DNA of 64,000 nucleotides from Geosiphon pyriformis uo1 (Eukaryota; Fungi; Glomeromycota). Location of the stretch: the NCBI GenBank assembly GCA_016748015.1, contig JAAOMT010000402.1:6983-70982 (forward strand), written 5' to 3'. The position numbers were made by a program, and so were the translations under genes. The notes under the pieces were generated by a model. That model searched no databases and was not told where the DNA came from. It worked only from the letters and a program-made list of their open reading frames with translations. Below are positions 29,865 through 44,372 of this stretch, piece after piece. Position 1 is the stretch's first letter; every line of letters begins with the position of its first letter.

Positions 29865-31534
29865 ATGATAAACCTATTTCTCATAATTCTTGTTTTTTTA
29901 CAAAACGATGCGATTCTTGTTTCTTCCTATTTCTCGCCATCTCCTCGGCTGGCCCATATAGCTTCTCTAATTGATAAGAGAATTTATTTCGTTGGCGGAA
30001 CAATAAATTTGATTGATTATGCAATTGATAATGCATACCTAGATCTTCCTCAAAATTTTTCCACTAATTCACCCGCTTTTTATGAACTTGAAACATTACC
30101 CAGATCTCTAAATATATCCTTCACATCAGCTGAGGTGGTAAAAACCAAAAATATAACTGAAGTTATTGTATTTGATGGATATGTAAGTTTCTTAAGTCGA
30201 ACTTTAATTATTAAAATACGTAGTTTTAATGCTCAAAAAAAAATTATTTTTCAAGAGGCTCGATCCCAAGGAGTATTATATTTATGCTTATAAAACAGCT
30301 CAAAATAAGCTCACATGGTTTCCAAATAATGATGCTCAAACGGGAAATCCAGGGGCAAAGAGTTATATTAATACAGTAATTGATAAAAAAGGAAGAATAT
30401 ATTTTTGGGGAGGGACTCGGAATTTTACTCACCTTGAGGATAAAGCCATGTATATATATGATACAAACTCTACATCCTGGACTAAAATTGAGCCAAAGAA
30501 TTCTCCTTCACCAAGGCATTCTTATACTGCCACATTATTACCAGATGGACGCATTATTTTTATTGGTGGGGTTGGCCATTTTTATCCAAATCCAGAAGCA
30601 GATCTGAGTGCGGTAATTTGCAATCTAAAGCTCGAGGGAAATTTATTATGAGTTCTTAAATTTTTGATTTTTTATATAGATCTTAATTTTTAATATCAAT
30701 GGAAAGCCTGAGGATCCATGGTCTTATGAGGTTATTTAATATAAAAATATTAAATTAAATTTTTTTAATTTTGATCACACTAACTTTGGTAAAAAATATA
30801 AACAGTCAACAAAAAGCGTCGTTGCTCTAGGATCTAGGAGGGGACATACAGCAATCCTTGGTAATTTAATAATTGATTGTAAATTTTTATTAATTGAATT
30901 TTTCTTTAATATCATTAAAACTATTTAGCTGCTGATGAATACAATATCATAATTTATGGAGGTCATGACAACTTCACTCGTCCAGCTTATCCTCTCATGG
31001 TTTTAGATACAAAAACATTTACGTGGTCAGTGCCAATTGTAGAATCTCTTCCTAACGATTTATCTGTCCTTTCTTATCATACCGCTACAAGATATCAAAA
31101 CTTGATGATTATTGCATTTGGTAAGTCTTCTTAATGCGATACTTTTAATTTCTGCAATTCAAATTTTATAATAATATGTTTGCAATATAGGGGCTCATAA
31201 TTTGACAAATCAAGTGTATAATTCGAGTAAAGAAATAAGAATATTCGATATATCTAACGGGACTTTTAAGTGGCTACAAAATTATGTAGCTCCATTAACT
31301 GTAATCGACTCTCTACCAAAAAATCCGAAAAATTTAGGACTTATTATTGGAGTCCCTCTTGCTTCAATTGGTTTAATATTTTTGGGATTAGCTATTATAG
31401 TTATTTTATATCGTCGTCGTTTAACAAAGACTAATAATAATGAAGGAAGCACGACAAACAACCAAGTAATCCAAAATTCAGGATTTCATATTAAAGGGAA
31501 CACAACAAACAATCAAGTAATCGAAAATCCATGA
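29865..31534 (+). CDS. Kelch beta-propeller type I membrane protein B
   Basis: Close paralogue of A with the same intron positions; signal peptide, Kelch motifs, TM followed by RRR; no disruption seen. Confidence 0.82.
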
Positions 31535-32737
31535 GTTTAGTCACATTTATCAATGGCAATACCAAATATAATTTTTCAAAAATTTATGAAATTCTTAAAA
31601 AAGACTGAAAAAAAGTATTAAGACTGAATTTACTATTAAGAAACGTAATTAATTATATTTTAATTGACCTTCCGATTGAAACCGCGCTCGGCTAGCTGAG
31701 GGTTAAATGATCGTCAGTTACCCCATATACATGTACCATAAGATTGGTTTCATAAAGATAAATTCACCTCTGAATTCTGTTAAGTTTTTATTATAAACCC
31801 GATTGACAAGGCAAATTCATTTCAATTTAATAACAGCTAAAACGAATACAGCTAAAAATTATATCTAATGAAAAGCTTTAATTTATTTAGGTGAATCATT
31901 TGATTTTTTGCATAGCTATTTTTTGGCCCAATCCATGGTTAGTAAAATTGCTTGGAGTTCAAAATTAGATTCCCATCAACTACATATGAGTGAAAAAACT
32001 TTATCCATTCTAATTAATTCCAAAACCGATGATAAAGAAAAATATGGCAATATACATTTCTTTTAGATGGTTATTTGTAGATGAAAAACAGGAAATATCT
32101 TTTATTTCTTAATAAACACAACGGAAATAGAAATATCTAAAGCATATTTGCTTCAAAAGATAATCTTGAATTCATCAATGGTCACATTTAATTTACATAG
32201 TATAGAATGAAAAAAAATAATCAAACTTAGCGTAAGGCTTTGAGCATTGCTCTTGCTATAATAATCTCACGGTTTTCGAACTCTGCTTTCAGCATGTTAC
32301 TTAATGTAAAGCTGATATACAGTGTATATAGTGTATACATTGTAAAAAACCTTTCAAAAGCTGAATTGTATCATATTCATGTTTAATATTATATGTTATT
32401 CATAAAATGCCTTCTCTAATCCTTCTTTAATGGATGAAAGCCAATATGTCTTTTGATCTCCTCGGGCATTGTTTAAGTATTTTAACAATGCATCTGTCAA
32501 TCAATAATTTAAAAAATAAAAAATTCGGCATATTATTTGTGATTTCCTATCGATTTTCGCTTTTTAACATTCTGTTTAAGTTATTATTGTTTCTAATGAT
32601 AGATGTTATTGTGAAAGCTATGATGTTTTGCTATAAAACTGGAAGTGCTTTCCCAATTTCTTTTCATTCAATCTAACTAAATAACAAAGGGAAAAGCAAA
32701 GCAATAACATTTAAATTAAATCAAATAATTTGAAGAA

Positions 32738-32865
32738 ATGCAACCAACAACCAATAATCAATCCTTCAAGCCCTCTCAATTATCGTTCCCGGTAACGGGT
32801 CTATTAAAGGACCAACCGGTGACCCTGACGACGGTAGTGGTACTGGCCAATGCTCGATCATGTAA
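32738..32865 (+). pseudogene. CAAX peptide P2, frameshifted copy
   Basis: 128 nt instead of 132 (net 4-nt loss near 32762-32772). The 3' part still encodes ..IKGPTGDPDDGSGTGQCSIM* but out of frame with the ATG. TATA at 32632-32638. Confidence 0.8.
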
Positions 32866-33804
32866 AGTCGAATATTATTGGCATTAGCAATTCACCTCTC
32901 CAATCCATCATCGGCAACAATTTATTATCAGCCGAAATTTATAAAAGATATGGCCATTCCTTCTGATTATACTTTTTTAAGAAGAACTTTAGAATTTTAT
33001 CTAAATTAATACAAAACTAAATTTAGACTTTGCACAGGATCATTTAACCTTTAATCATGAATAATTCAATTTTTTTAGAAATATTTCGAATTTTGCAGGC
33101 TATTCTTGTATGGGATCTGGTTGCACAGCATTATTCATTTTCAATGGTGTGTGTAGGTATTTATTCCCGCATCACTTTCATATTCATTTAGATTGAAAAT
33201 AGTAATGACAATGGGAAACATAATATAACTTTAGAGTTAAATTAATTCCACACTATAATACATTTGTCATTGTTAGAACTTTTCTAGTTAGTTTTTTAGT
33301 GAAAATTTTATTTAACAAATAATATGAGAAGGGGTTTAAATTCAAATCCAAAAATAATTATTGAAAGGTCAAACTGATCGGGATCTAAACCTTTAAAAGC
33401 CTTTGTACATGCATAAACAATGATTTTTGATGATCGATTCAATTCATTGATAGCGATCTTTCCATAAAACTAAATTTTCTATAAAACGCTGGGACCAGTC
33501 TACTAAGTATAGCATCACCTTCAAGTATCTATGGTCATATGCTTTATTAATAAAAAAATATTAGAAATAATCTAAAATTAATTTTAATTCTTAAGAAAAG
33601 AATTTTCTAAACCAGAAGGCAAACTTGCTTAAAAATTAGTAAAAGAAACCATTCGCGTAACCAAATATGCTTTACAATCATTAAGTGTTATCAAAGAGAA
33701 TAGATACTTATTAAAAAATTCAGTTTTACAACTTTTTTATAAAAAGCTTCAACCTTTTTGACCATTATTAAACCTAATATACCATTTTCTTGAAAAAAGG
33801 TCAA

Positions 33805-35527
33805 ATGATAAACCTATTTCTTATCATTCTTGTTTTATTACAAAACAATGCGATCCTTGTATCGTCCAATTTCACGCCATCCCCTCGGTGGGGCCATACA
33901 GCTTCTCTAATTGATAACAGAATTTATTTGGTTAGCGGAGGGATATTTCATAGTTATGCAGTTGATAACGCATACTTGGATCTATCTCAAAATTTCTCCA
34001 CTGATTCGCCCGCGTTTTATGAATTTGAGACATTACCCAAAATCTTTAAACGTGTCTTACGCATCAGCAGAGATAGTAAAAACTAAAGATAAAACTGAAG
34101 TAATTGTATTTGCGGGAGATGTAAGTTTCTTAAGTTTAGAACTTTATTTGTTAAAATACGCAGTTTTGATGCTCAAAAGATTTTTTTTAAAGTCGATAGA
34201 TCCAAAGGAGTATATTTACACTTATAAATTCGCTCAAAATAAGCTCACCTGGTTTAGAAATAGTGATAATAAGTCGGGAAATTCAGAGGGCAAGGACAGA
34301 GATTGATACAGTTATTGATGAAAAAGGAAAAATATATTTTTGGGGAGGAATTCGAAATAACGTTTATATGAATAAAAAAATGTATATATATGATACAAAC
34401 TCTACATCCTGGACTCAAATCACACCATTGAATTGTCCTTTACCAAGGTTTTCTTATACTGCCACATTATTACCAGATGGACGCATTATTTATATTGGTG
34501 GATCTAGTGGTTCTTATCCAGATCCAGAAGCAGATCTGAGTGCGGTAATTTGCAATCTAAAGCTCGAGGGAAATTTATTATGAGTTCTTAAATTTTTGAT
34601 TTTTTATATAGATCTTAATTTTTAATATCAATGGAAAGCCTGAGGATCCATGGTCTTATGAGGTTATTTAATATAAAAATATTAAATTAAATTTTTTTAA
34701 TTTTGATGACACTAACTTTGGGTTAAAAATATAAACAGTCAGCAAAAAGCGTCGTTGCTCTAGGATCTAGGAGGGGACATACAGCAATCCTTGGTAATTT
34801 AATAATTGATTGTAAATTTTTATTAATTGAATTTTTCTTTAATATCATTAAAACTATTTAGCTGCTGATGAATACAATATCATAATTTATGGAGGTCATG
34901 ACAACTTCACTCGTCCAGCTTATCCTCTCATGGTTTTAGATACAAAAACATTTACGTGGTCAGTGCCAATTGTAGAATCTCTTCCTAACAATTTATCTGT
35001 CCTTTCTTATCATACCGCTACAAGATATCAAAACTTGATGATTATTGCATTTGGTAAGTCTGCTTATTGCGATACTTTTAATTTCCGCAATTCAAATCTT
35101 ATAATAATATATTTGCAATATAGGGGCTCATAACTTGACAGATCAAGTGTATAATCCGAGTAAAGAAATAAGAATATTCGATATATCTAACGGGACTTTT
35201 AAGTGGCTACAAAATTATGTAGCTCCATTAATGCTCACGAAAATCACCAAAGCTCCTACACCTTCCACTGAAATTAACGTAACTCAAACAGCTACCGCTA
35301 CCGCTGTACTAAAAAACTCGAAAAATTCAGGACTTATTATTGGAGTCTCTATTGGTTCAATTATTTTAATATTTTTAGGATTAGCTATTATAGTTATTTT
35401 ATATCGTCGTCGTTTAACAAAGACTAATAATAATGAAGGAAGCACGACAAACAACCAATTAATCCAAAATCCAGGATTTCATATTCAAGGGAACACAACA
35501 AACAACCAAGTAATCGAAAATCCATGA
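33805..35527 (+). pseudogene. Kelch type I membrane protein C, frameshifted
   Basis: Paralogue of A and B with +1 frameshifts near 34040 and 34290; the ORF track splits at both sites. Confidence 0.72.
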
Positions 35528-37222
35528 GTTTACCCACATTTATCAATGGCAGTACCAAATGTAATTTTTCAAAAAATTTATGAAATTCTTAAAAAGACAC
35601 TGGAAAAAATATTAAGACGGCTTTTGAATTTATTATTAAGAAACGTAATTAATTATATTTTAATTGACCTACCGATTGAAACCGCTCTCGGCTAGCTGAA
35701 GGTTAAAAGATGGTCAGTTACCCATAAAGATATACTTTAAGCTTAGCATATTTATGAAAAATCTTTTAAAGAGAAAAGCAGCAGATTGTAATATCAAAGT
35801 TTATACTTGTTGAGTTATTGCTTTATAAATTATCAGTCTATTGATGGTGGTTGATTAGCCTGAATCTCGAAAAAAAAAAAAAAAAAATTACCGATTTTAG
35901 GTTTTTATAATAAACTATTGTCAGATATCTATTTATACGCATATAATTGTGAAATTAATTAACTTTCTACAAATCTATTGAAAAATTCTTCATTTGTTTA
36001 TTTAGGCTAAAGATAGCATCTTAAAAGATTAAAAACAGCCCCATAATTTATCATGGGTTTACTTTGTCGCAAATGTAGAATTAATATTTAAAAGCCTATA
36101 AAATTTTCCCACATTATAATGATTTTGAATATAATTTGTTTTATCGTATTTTAAGAAATTACAAATCATCTTAAAAAAATCCAAATTTCTAACATAGAAA
36201 AATTAATCTATTAATAAAGTTCTTTTCAAATAATATAAGACATTTGATATTAATAATTTCAGAGTTATCTTTATAAGTTTATACTTTTTATTTCGAAATA
36301 AATTCACTTATAAATCGATCATAATTGCGTATTAGTTTTTATTTTATTAGATATATCGATAAAAATATATTAATAAAATAAATGTGACTTGTCTTTTGAT
36401 TGTATTAAACCAAAAATAAAGTTATTAAGTTTATTATTAACAGCAAGTCAAAGTAATTTAAAATTTTTAAAATAATATCTATTTATTTGATTTAATTTCA
36501 ACTTAGAAACTGTGATTAGAAATTCATGTTATATAAATTCAGTTTTTATTAGTTTGTGTAAAATAATTTTTTTTAGTTTAATTCCAATTAGTTTTTGCCA
36601 ATTTAATAAAACTTTCCCTTTAAAAATTAGACCACTGAAAATTATTAAAATAAAATGAGAATTTTAAGATACATTTTTTTAAAATATCTTAATATCTAAT
36701 AATTATTTATTTTATTGTATATTCTTTATTCAAAAATTAAATTATAATAAAAATAATTTTTTTTGTAATAGTTTTCTTTACTATTTAAAAATTATTTATT
36801 AAAATTATTTCATTTTTTGATTAATTCGCGATCCACATCTAATGTACAGTAGATGTGTTGTACGATAATAATTGGTGGTTGGATTACATCGTGAATGGCA
36901 AGGAAATAAAATAAAAATAAAAAATAATTTATTAGATAAGAATAAAAATAATTTTTTTTGCGAACTATATATATAAAGTTTATTAAATAAATATTATTTA
37001 AATTTGAAGTAAATTAATGTCATGATAGTTTAAAAAATTTATGTTTTTTTGATTTTTCATTTATTTGATTAAAATTTTTTGAAAAGGTAGTTTTTTTTTA
37101 AATAAGGGTCAATCATCAACTAATATCTTTTAAACCAAACAGCTTTCAATTTTTGTTGTAAATTAACTTATTTTATTGGGATTTTAATTTAATCAAAAAA
37201 TTAATTTTGAAAAAGTCTAAGG

Positions 37223-39522
37223 TTAGGAGCTATTACTAATATCTGATTTATTATCACTTTCACACTCTTCCTCAAGAGCATTAGTAATATTAACGTTTCT
37301 GTCAAATTCTTCTCCCTTATCACTCTTTCCGACAACTCTGTTAATTCTACTATTCTCGCTAGATTGATCATTATTATTTCTCTCATTAGCATTATGATCC
37401 TCATCCTCAACATTTTCAAAATGAACCCGAGCACGTTGCATCGCTTCGAAATATCTAATCGGTAAATGATTTTGGAAAAATGAAGGTAAAATTCGTTCCA
37501 TCCATATCAAAGGACTCCTAGCAGGATGTTCGTGAAGTGGTTTAGTACGAAAAACGTCTTTTCTACTTGACCATAATTTACCATTTTTCATAAATTTTAT
37601 TCCTGTTTCATTTTCCGTGTCAACTTCTTCTCCTTTCAATGTATTCCATCCAAAAATTGAAGCTAAAGAATAGTCACTCCTTTTTCGTTCCACAATAACC
37701 GGTTCAACCGCAGTATCAAAAGAATCGCAAGTCGATACTGGTTTCCTACCATTCTGGAAAAATCTTACTCCTTCACCAACATGCGCATAATTTAACAGAT
37801 TCATTTTATTAACGAGACGTCTGATACCAGGATCTTCATAGCCGGGCGGTAATTTTGTGATGATATCGGTATCATTGATCACTCGCCATAAAGTATTTGG
37901 GCGGTCGAAAGGATCATTTGAAACGGCTGAAAAATGAGCCGCGAAATCTGCGTCACCGATAGCCGGGGTACCGAAGAGATATCCGTCTCGTAAAATGCAA
38001 TTCTCGCCAAGATCTAATGGGGAACGAAGGAGGCGAGAGTAGAATAGAGTTCCAAGGGCGGCACCTAATGAATGACCAGTTACCCAGAGATTTATTGGTT
38101 GATCAAGACTAAAGCTGGAAGAGTTGTTATTTGATGTTGAAGCTGATGAAGACTGCCTAGAACGAATTTGTAAAGCTTTAGCGCGAATTGCTTTTATGAT
38201 TGTTATATATGGACTTGCTGAATGACCTCTTGAGGTTTTGTGGCCTCCGTCTGGAAAGAGGGAGGTGTAAAAACCTTCATGAATTTCCCCAAATACATAT
38301 CCTCTTTGGTAGTGAAACATAAATGAATGAGGGGTGTAAATGTTTGATGGATGTTGAATAATAAAAATTTAAACGATCTTTTGAAATCATCATTATTCAA
38401 AAACTCTTTTTAAATTACCTCGCATCAATGCGTTGAATCATCGAATCTACCAAGAAATCCTCGAAATCAGTTGGTGTCGTTCCTTTAAATACGACCACTA
38501 TAAATCGATGTTCATATGACCAAAACATTCCAGCGAATGGTCCACCCAGCGAATTTAATTCTGATAAAGAGGTAAATTCTAATCCCCATTTTTGAGATTG
38601 TTCACGTATACGAAGTTCGCTTTCATACAACTGTCGATTCACATCTTGATATGCTTCCGAAGTTCGTTCTAATTTATTTTTAGCGAGATCTGTAATCTTT
38701 TTATGAGCATTACGAACCTTCATATCATCACGTTCATAGACAATCGCGGACATTAGAAGGAGAGTTTCGGCAATATCTAAATTAAAGGGTCGAGCTTTTT
38801 TCGTGCTGGTTATATCAAATTTTGTAGCTTGATGGTGGTATTTTTGTGTAGTCGGTAGGGGTTGTTCTAACCCTAGAAGACCATCATTTATAATTTCAGA
38901 GACTTCTTCGGAAAATAATCTTGGATCCCCTAGGTAAAAGAAAATTAAAGTTATGTGAGTATTGGTGAATCATCAATTCAATTTTTGAGTTTAAATTTTA
39001 AATCACTTATTAGTGACAAATTAAAAATTTCCCATGTTTATACTCACACCAATTAACCGGACTCAAACCGTCACCCCATTTCTTCGAGATTCCATTTAAC
39101 ACATTTCCCAATCCACAATAAAAAGATAGTTTTAATGATAATTCGACAACTACCAGCGAAATGACAATAGTAGGGAACACGGTCATAATCAAAATAAAAT
39201 TCACGGGATGAAAAAGTGGCATTGACCAATCAAATAATATTGTGAATAGTAAATTTCTTATAGCGCGATGAACATAAACCATATAAGTTAAAGAGGGAAA
39301 AAGTGTTGGAAGAGAAGTAAATGATTGTGTAGCTGCTGATTTATTTTTATGCGTTTCTGTTAAATCGCGAAAATGGGGATTAGCATCTTCATTATAACTC
39401 TTGATATAGTCACTAATAGATGGGGGAGACGTTTTGAGGTGGAATTGGGAGAGTGGATTCGATTTTTGATCAGGTACAGAGTTATTTGTGAATTGAAGGA
39501 AAGTTGATTTTTGAGTTGGCAT
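37223..39522 (-). CDS. Lipase class 3 / alpha-beta hydrolase with N-terminal membrane segments and intact catalytic motif
   Basis: Three-exon structure; VVVFKGT, IHEGFY, WVTGHSLG, FGTP..GD, RVINDTDIITKLP, C-terminal His (QNHLP). Confidence 0.88.
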
Positions 39523-42500
39523 TTTTGATGATTTGTTTTAATCTGATTTGATATATGAAATGATTCAATTTCGAATGGATTTAGATCAAAGAGGTTCTAA
39601 GATGAAATCCAAAGGAACAAAGATGAACAAAGAAACTTTATAGAATATTTAAGAATTTTTTTATGTCAGATAGAATGAGTTTTTTGAATTTTTACCAAAT
39701 ATCGACAATGTTTATTTAAAGGGAAACTAATTTCCTGACCTTTTTGAACGAATTAAGTCAAAAAACTGGTCTGGGTAAAAATGAAAATCAAATAACCTAA
39801 TTTTATGATGATGATGATAATGATGTATTGTTTGTGTCATTTTAAAAGATTTTCTTTCTTTGTTCTACGATCAGAAAAGCAAATAATTATGCATAAGATG
39901 ATATTGGGAAAGGATTTTTTCAAAAGAGTCTTAACTTAATTATCTTAAATATGATTATGGTATACAACTTCATATGTCAAATATTTTTTATTAGATTCTA
40001 AATGGTTAAGTTCTAGAATAAAACTAGCTTTAAAAAAGATTATTTTAGAGCGTAATTTGACAATGATTAATTATATTTTCTATAAATTAAAACAGTTTTT
40101 GACAATTAGTATTTGAATCTATTTCAATGTAAATTAAATTTGAGATATTATAAAAGATTCAAATTTATTATACCATATATTTTATATTACAAATTTTTTT
40201 TTAAATATTTATATTGAAAATAATTGTCGAGTAATTAGCGCAATAAAATTGTAATTAAATAAATTTTGCATTTTTGTTTGAATTGGTTAAAACATGAACC
40301 GATATAAATAATAATTATAATATTTTTTTTTGATTATTTTGATTATTTATTTTTATAAGGTGGTATCATTTTGTATTTGGTAAAATTTATTTGTTTATTT
40401 GACTGTTTTTTTTTTACGTAAATCTGCGAATAATAAATTCATTTATTAATGATATAAAATTATCAAATAAAAATCTGCTTTCAAGAGGATATTTTTTTAA
40501 TTTTCTTTTAAATAAATTTTTTTAACTATAATGCTAAGTAAATATTTTTTAATTTTTGAAAATCTATTAAATTTTTACAAATTTTAATAACATTTTAGAT
40601 TGTTAAATGATATGATAAATTGTATATACAACATATATCGTGTATATTCTAAACAATTGTGATCTGGTTCTACAACATGCTTAAATTTTTTGGTTGTTTG
40701 TTAATGATGATGTAGTGTTTTGCTGACATGATCATGACGTATTAATCATTTTGCTACATACAATGCACAAATTTCCTATCTCTATGCCTACAAGTATATT
40801 CACATATGAAAAATTAACAAAATTGCATGATTGACATAAAACCTATTATGCAAAATTTAACTGGTCATGAGATTTTCATTGAAGTTCGCAGAATTCTTGG
40901 GAATCATGATTTATTTATTTCACGAGGCTGTACAGGTTGAATTTATTTATTTTTCATAAAATGATGAGTCTAATATAGATTAATTAAGATTGATTATGTG
41001 AGAACTGTGAGAACTGCTAAACCAAATGAGTTCTGTCATTATCTCCTTTTTAATTGCGTATTCAACCCTGTCTCGCTGCTAACAACGGGAATAGGAATTC
41101 CGGAAAAGAAAAAATTTGGGTCCCACATTACCTAACTTATTAATATCTCGGCTTCACATTATCTCAAATCAGTCATCAATTTTTAATGCTTTGTTATTGG
41201 TTGAGTTTTTTAATTATACTTTCTTATGATTGCCAGCATGAGAAAAAACCAGATTCTATCGATAAAATTTGGTGCTTTCGATATGTTGAGTGAAATAAAC
41301 TAAATGAGAGAACTTAAAAACTAGATCTTTCAAGAAGTCATGCTTTTCTTTGTTTAGTCAAATAAAAATTCAATTTTCTTGAATACGCAAGTCATCTAAA
41401 CGGAAAATTATTCCTCTAATCTTTAGGCTGATAATATTTAGACTAATAAAATTTTTACAAAGAAAAAGTTTTTCTTTAAATCATGTATAACAGGAAAAAA
41501 TTATATTTTATAATGTATTTTTAGCATCTGGATACAGTATCATTTTCATCTTAATGCAATTGGTAAATTTTATTCAAATTATCATAAGTATTTAATATAA
41601 ACCCAAAGTAAAAATTTTATCATCAAATTAAAAATTTACTAAAATTTTAATTTTTAAAACTGATTTTTGAATGTTAAAAGCAATGATAATAATTCTTATT
41701 TTTTTTGAATATATCTAATTCTTAAAAATCAAAGAAAAAATAATTAAATATTGAAATATAGGTTTACAAAGAAAATTTCGTTTAAAAAAAATTTTATTTA
41801 AATTAAAATCTTGATTTTTTGTAATTGATTTATTTTAACCAAAAAAAAATTTTAAAATTGTTTCTTGTAAAATTGAAATTATGAGATTATCTATTTATAA
41901 ACAATTATAATATCAATATAATAAAAAAGTTCTTTTAAATAAAAATTTTGACATTTAAAAATAATATAATTTATTAAAAAAAATTTATAGCCTGAAATTT
42001 TTTTTTTAAATAAAACAGTTATTTTTGATTTAAATAAAAATACACATGAATTAAATTTTTATAAATATATTCTATATATTGAAAATAGTTAATGAAACTC
42101 GGGATTTAAAAATATTTTTACTTTAAAAAAAAATTTTAATATTACTCTTAATATTATTATTTAATTTAATTAAAGTAAATTTACTTTGAAAAAAAATTAA
42201 ATAATTAATCTGATAAATTTTAATAAAAAACAAATGTATCCAAAATTTTTTTGAACTTCACATTATTTAAAAAGAAAATAATAAATCGGTTTTCTTCATT
42301 CTGTAAAAATTTGTCATTTTGATATGTTGAAAATCAAAATATTTCGTTAAATTTTATATAAGAATTGACAATTTTTCTGCAACTTAAAAATTTATTTTGC
42401 GCATATAAAATAAGATTTATATATCCCTATACATTTTTATCAATCAAGAAATAATTTGAATGTTTCATTTTTAATCTATAGAAAAAATTCAAAAGCCAAT

Positions 42501-42760
42501 TTGCATTTAACAAAAATTTTTCAGTACCTTAATGAAAATTTTTTATTATGCATGAAATTATAAGATTTTAGAATAATTCCAGTTCATTGTAACAGTTACA
42601 AATTTTTCTCATTTATAGTTTTTTCTATATCAGAGGGAAATTAAATTCAATTAAATTAAACTAGATTAAATTAAGTAAAGTAATACAAGTTTTTTGGATT
42701 AAGATCAAAGAAATAATATTAGAAACCTAATGTCATGTTTAAAAATTTTGTGAATCGGAA

Positions 42761-44372
42761 TCAAGACCAATCCTCTTAAATATAAAAAAAAAAAGTGTTA
42801 AAATTTTTAAATGATAAATTTTATAAAAATTTTCGGTTAATTTCTTACCTTCAGGAAGATAGACAAATTCTGTTAAAATTGACATTAAGAGAAGAAAGAA
42901 AAAAAGTTTAAATAAGTTAATCCATAAAAATTTTCAAAATGAATAAAGTTAATCAATAAAAATCTTCAAAAATAAAAAAAAAAACTAAACCTTTTAAAAA
43001 ATTAATCATTCGGAAAGTTAAAAGTCGACTTGAATAAACTGCTTTTGGATGAATATTGGGTGGTGATTTAGCTGTTTCCAATGTTTCTTTTACGAGTTTA
43101 TCTGCTTCGGAAAACTGTAAATACTCAGTTGTAGAAGAGTAATTATTAAAACGTCCAAGATCATAAAGTCTCAATCTAACTTGAGTAACAGCAGGACGAT
43201 TCGATGGAATACTATCCCAACATTCTTCTATTAGTTCAGCAAGACAAGGTGGAATATGAAAAGTGATTTCAGGTCTAATACCATTTAAAATATCTATGAC
43301 AAGTTTGGAGTCATGAGGACGATCATGAAAAGGAGGCTTTCCTGTTGCCAATTCCCATAATAACATTCCGAAACTATAAATATCACCAGCTTTATCGAAC
43401 TCTTCACCTCGTAAAACTTCAGGTGGTATGTATGGAATTACTCCAAATATTCCTTTTTCTGCTAATTTCTTGTTAGCAGGTTGACATAATCCGAGGTCTG
43501 AAACATTTGCAAATTCTCCATTGGCCAGGCGATAAATTAGAATGTTACCAGAGTGTAGGTCACGATGAACTAAACCAGCAGAATGAACTGTGATAAGACC
43601 TGACGCAATTCCTGAAGCTATTCTCAACCTATCAGACCAATAGCTAGAATAAAAATTTGATGATAGATAATCTCGCATATCTCCATGTTCGGCAAATTCC
43701 ATTACAAATCCGTAATCAAGTGTTTCCGGGTTTTGAGTGATCCCAATAACATCAGAAATACCAATCACAAATTCGGGGTTATTTGCCATTATAGAACTTT
43801 GAATATTTATCTATTAAGAGACACCCCCCCCCCCGTAAAAATTTTTATCAAGTTCAAAAATTAAAAAAATATAAAAAGATCAAATTTTCAATGAAAAATT
43901 ACTCAATTACCTTTTTAAAGAGTTCATCCCCCTGTCTTGAATCATTCATAAATTTTACTGCAACATTTATCGATCCATTTCTTTTAAATTTCGTTTCACC
44001 ATGGTGCTTTAAAGTCTCGAAATCAATCATTCCATCAATCCATGTTGCTTTATAAAAAATACCAAAACCTCCTTGGGCAATATAGGAAATATCTGTCAAA
44101 CGTTCATATGGAATCCATTCATAGTGATGAATCTCATTGTAGAGGTTGGGATTATAAATTGGATTTTTGATTATCTCGTCAATTGCTTGATTTCCACTTG
44201 AAAAATCTTTATATAGATTTTGAAAAATTATGATTTTACATGTCGTGCAATCATTGTATCTATTATATCTCATGCTCAATTTGCATTTTTTACATTTATT
44301 ACAATTATGAGGCTTTTCTGGTCGAGTTCTCTTGCATCGAAATTTTTTTATTGATGAAATCAATAAACCCAT
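42761..44372 (-). CDS. Tyrosine-kinase-like protein kinase with an N-terminal Cys-rich region
   Basis: CxxC pairs, WIPY, IAQGGFG, VAVK, HRDLHSGN, DLG, YIPPE, DIYSFG; short 3' exons inferred from GT-AG sites. Confidence 0.85.

Noticed and set aside
32434-32676. Similar 80-aa ORFs at 32434-32676 and 48224-48466
   Set aside because: These are duplicated promoter DNA spanning the TATA box; the frame is broken in the other peptide-gene copies.
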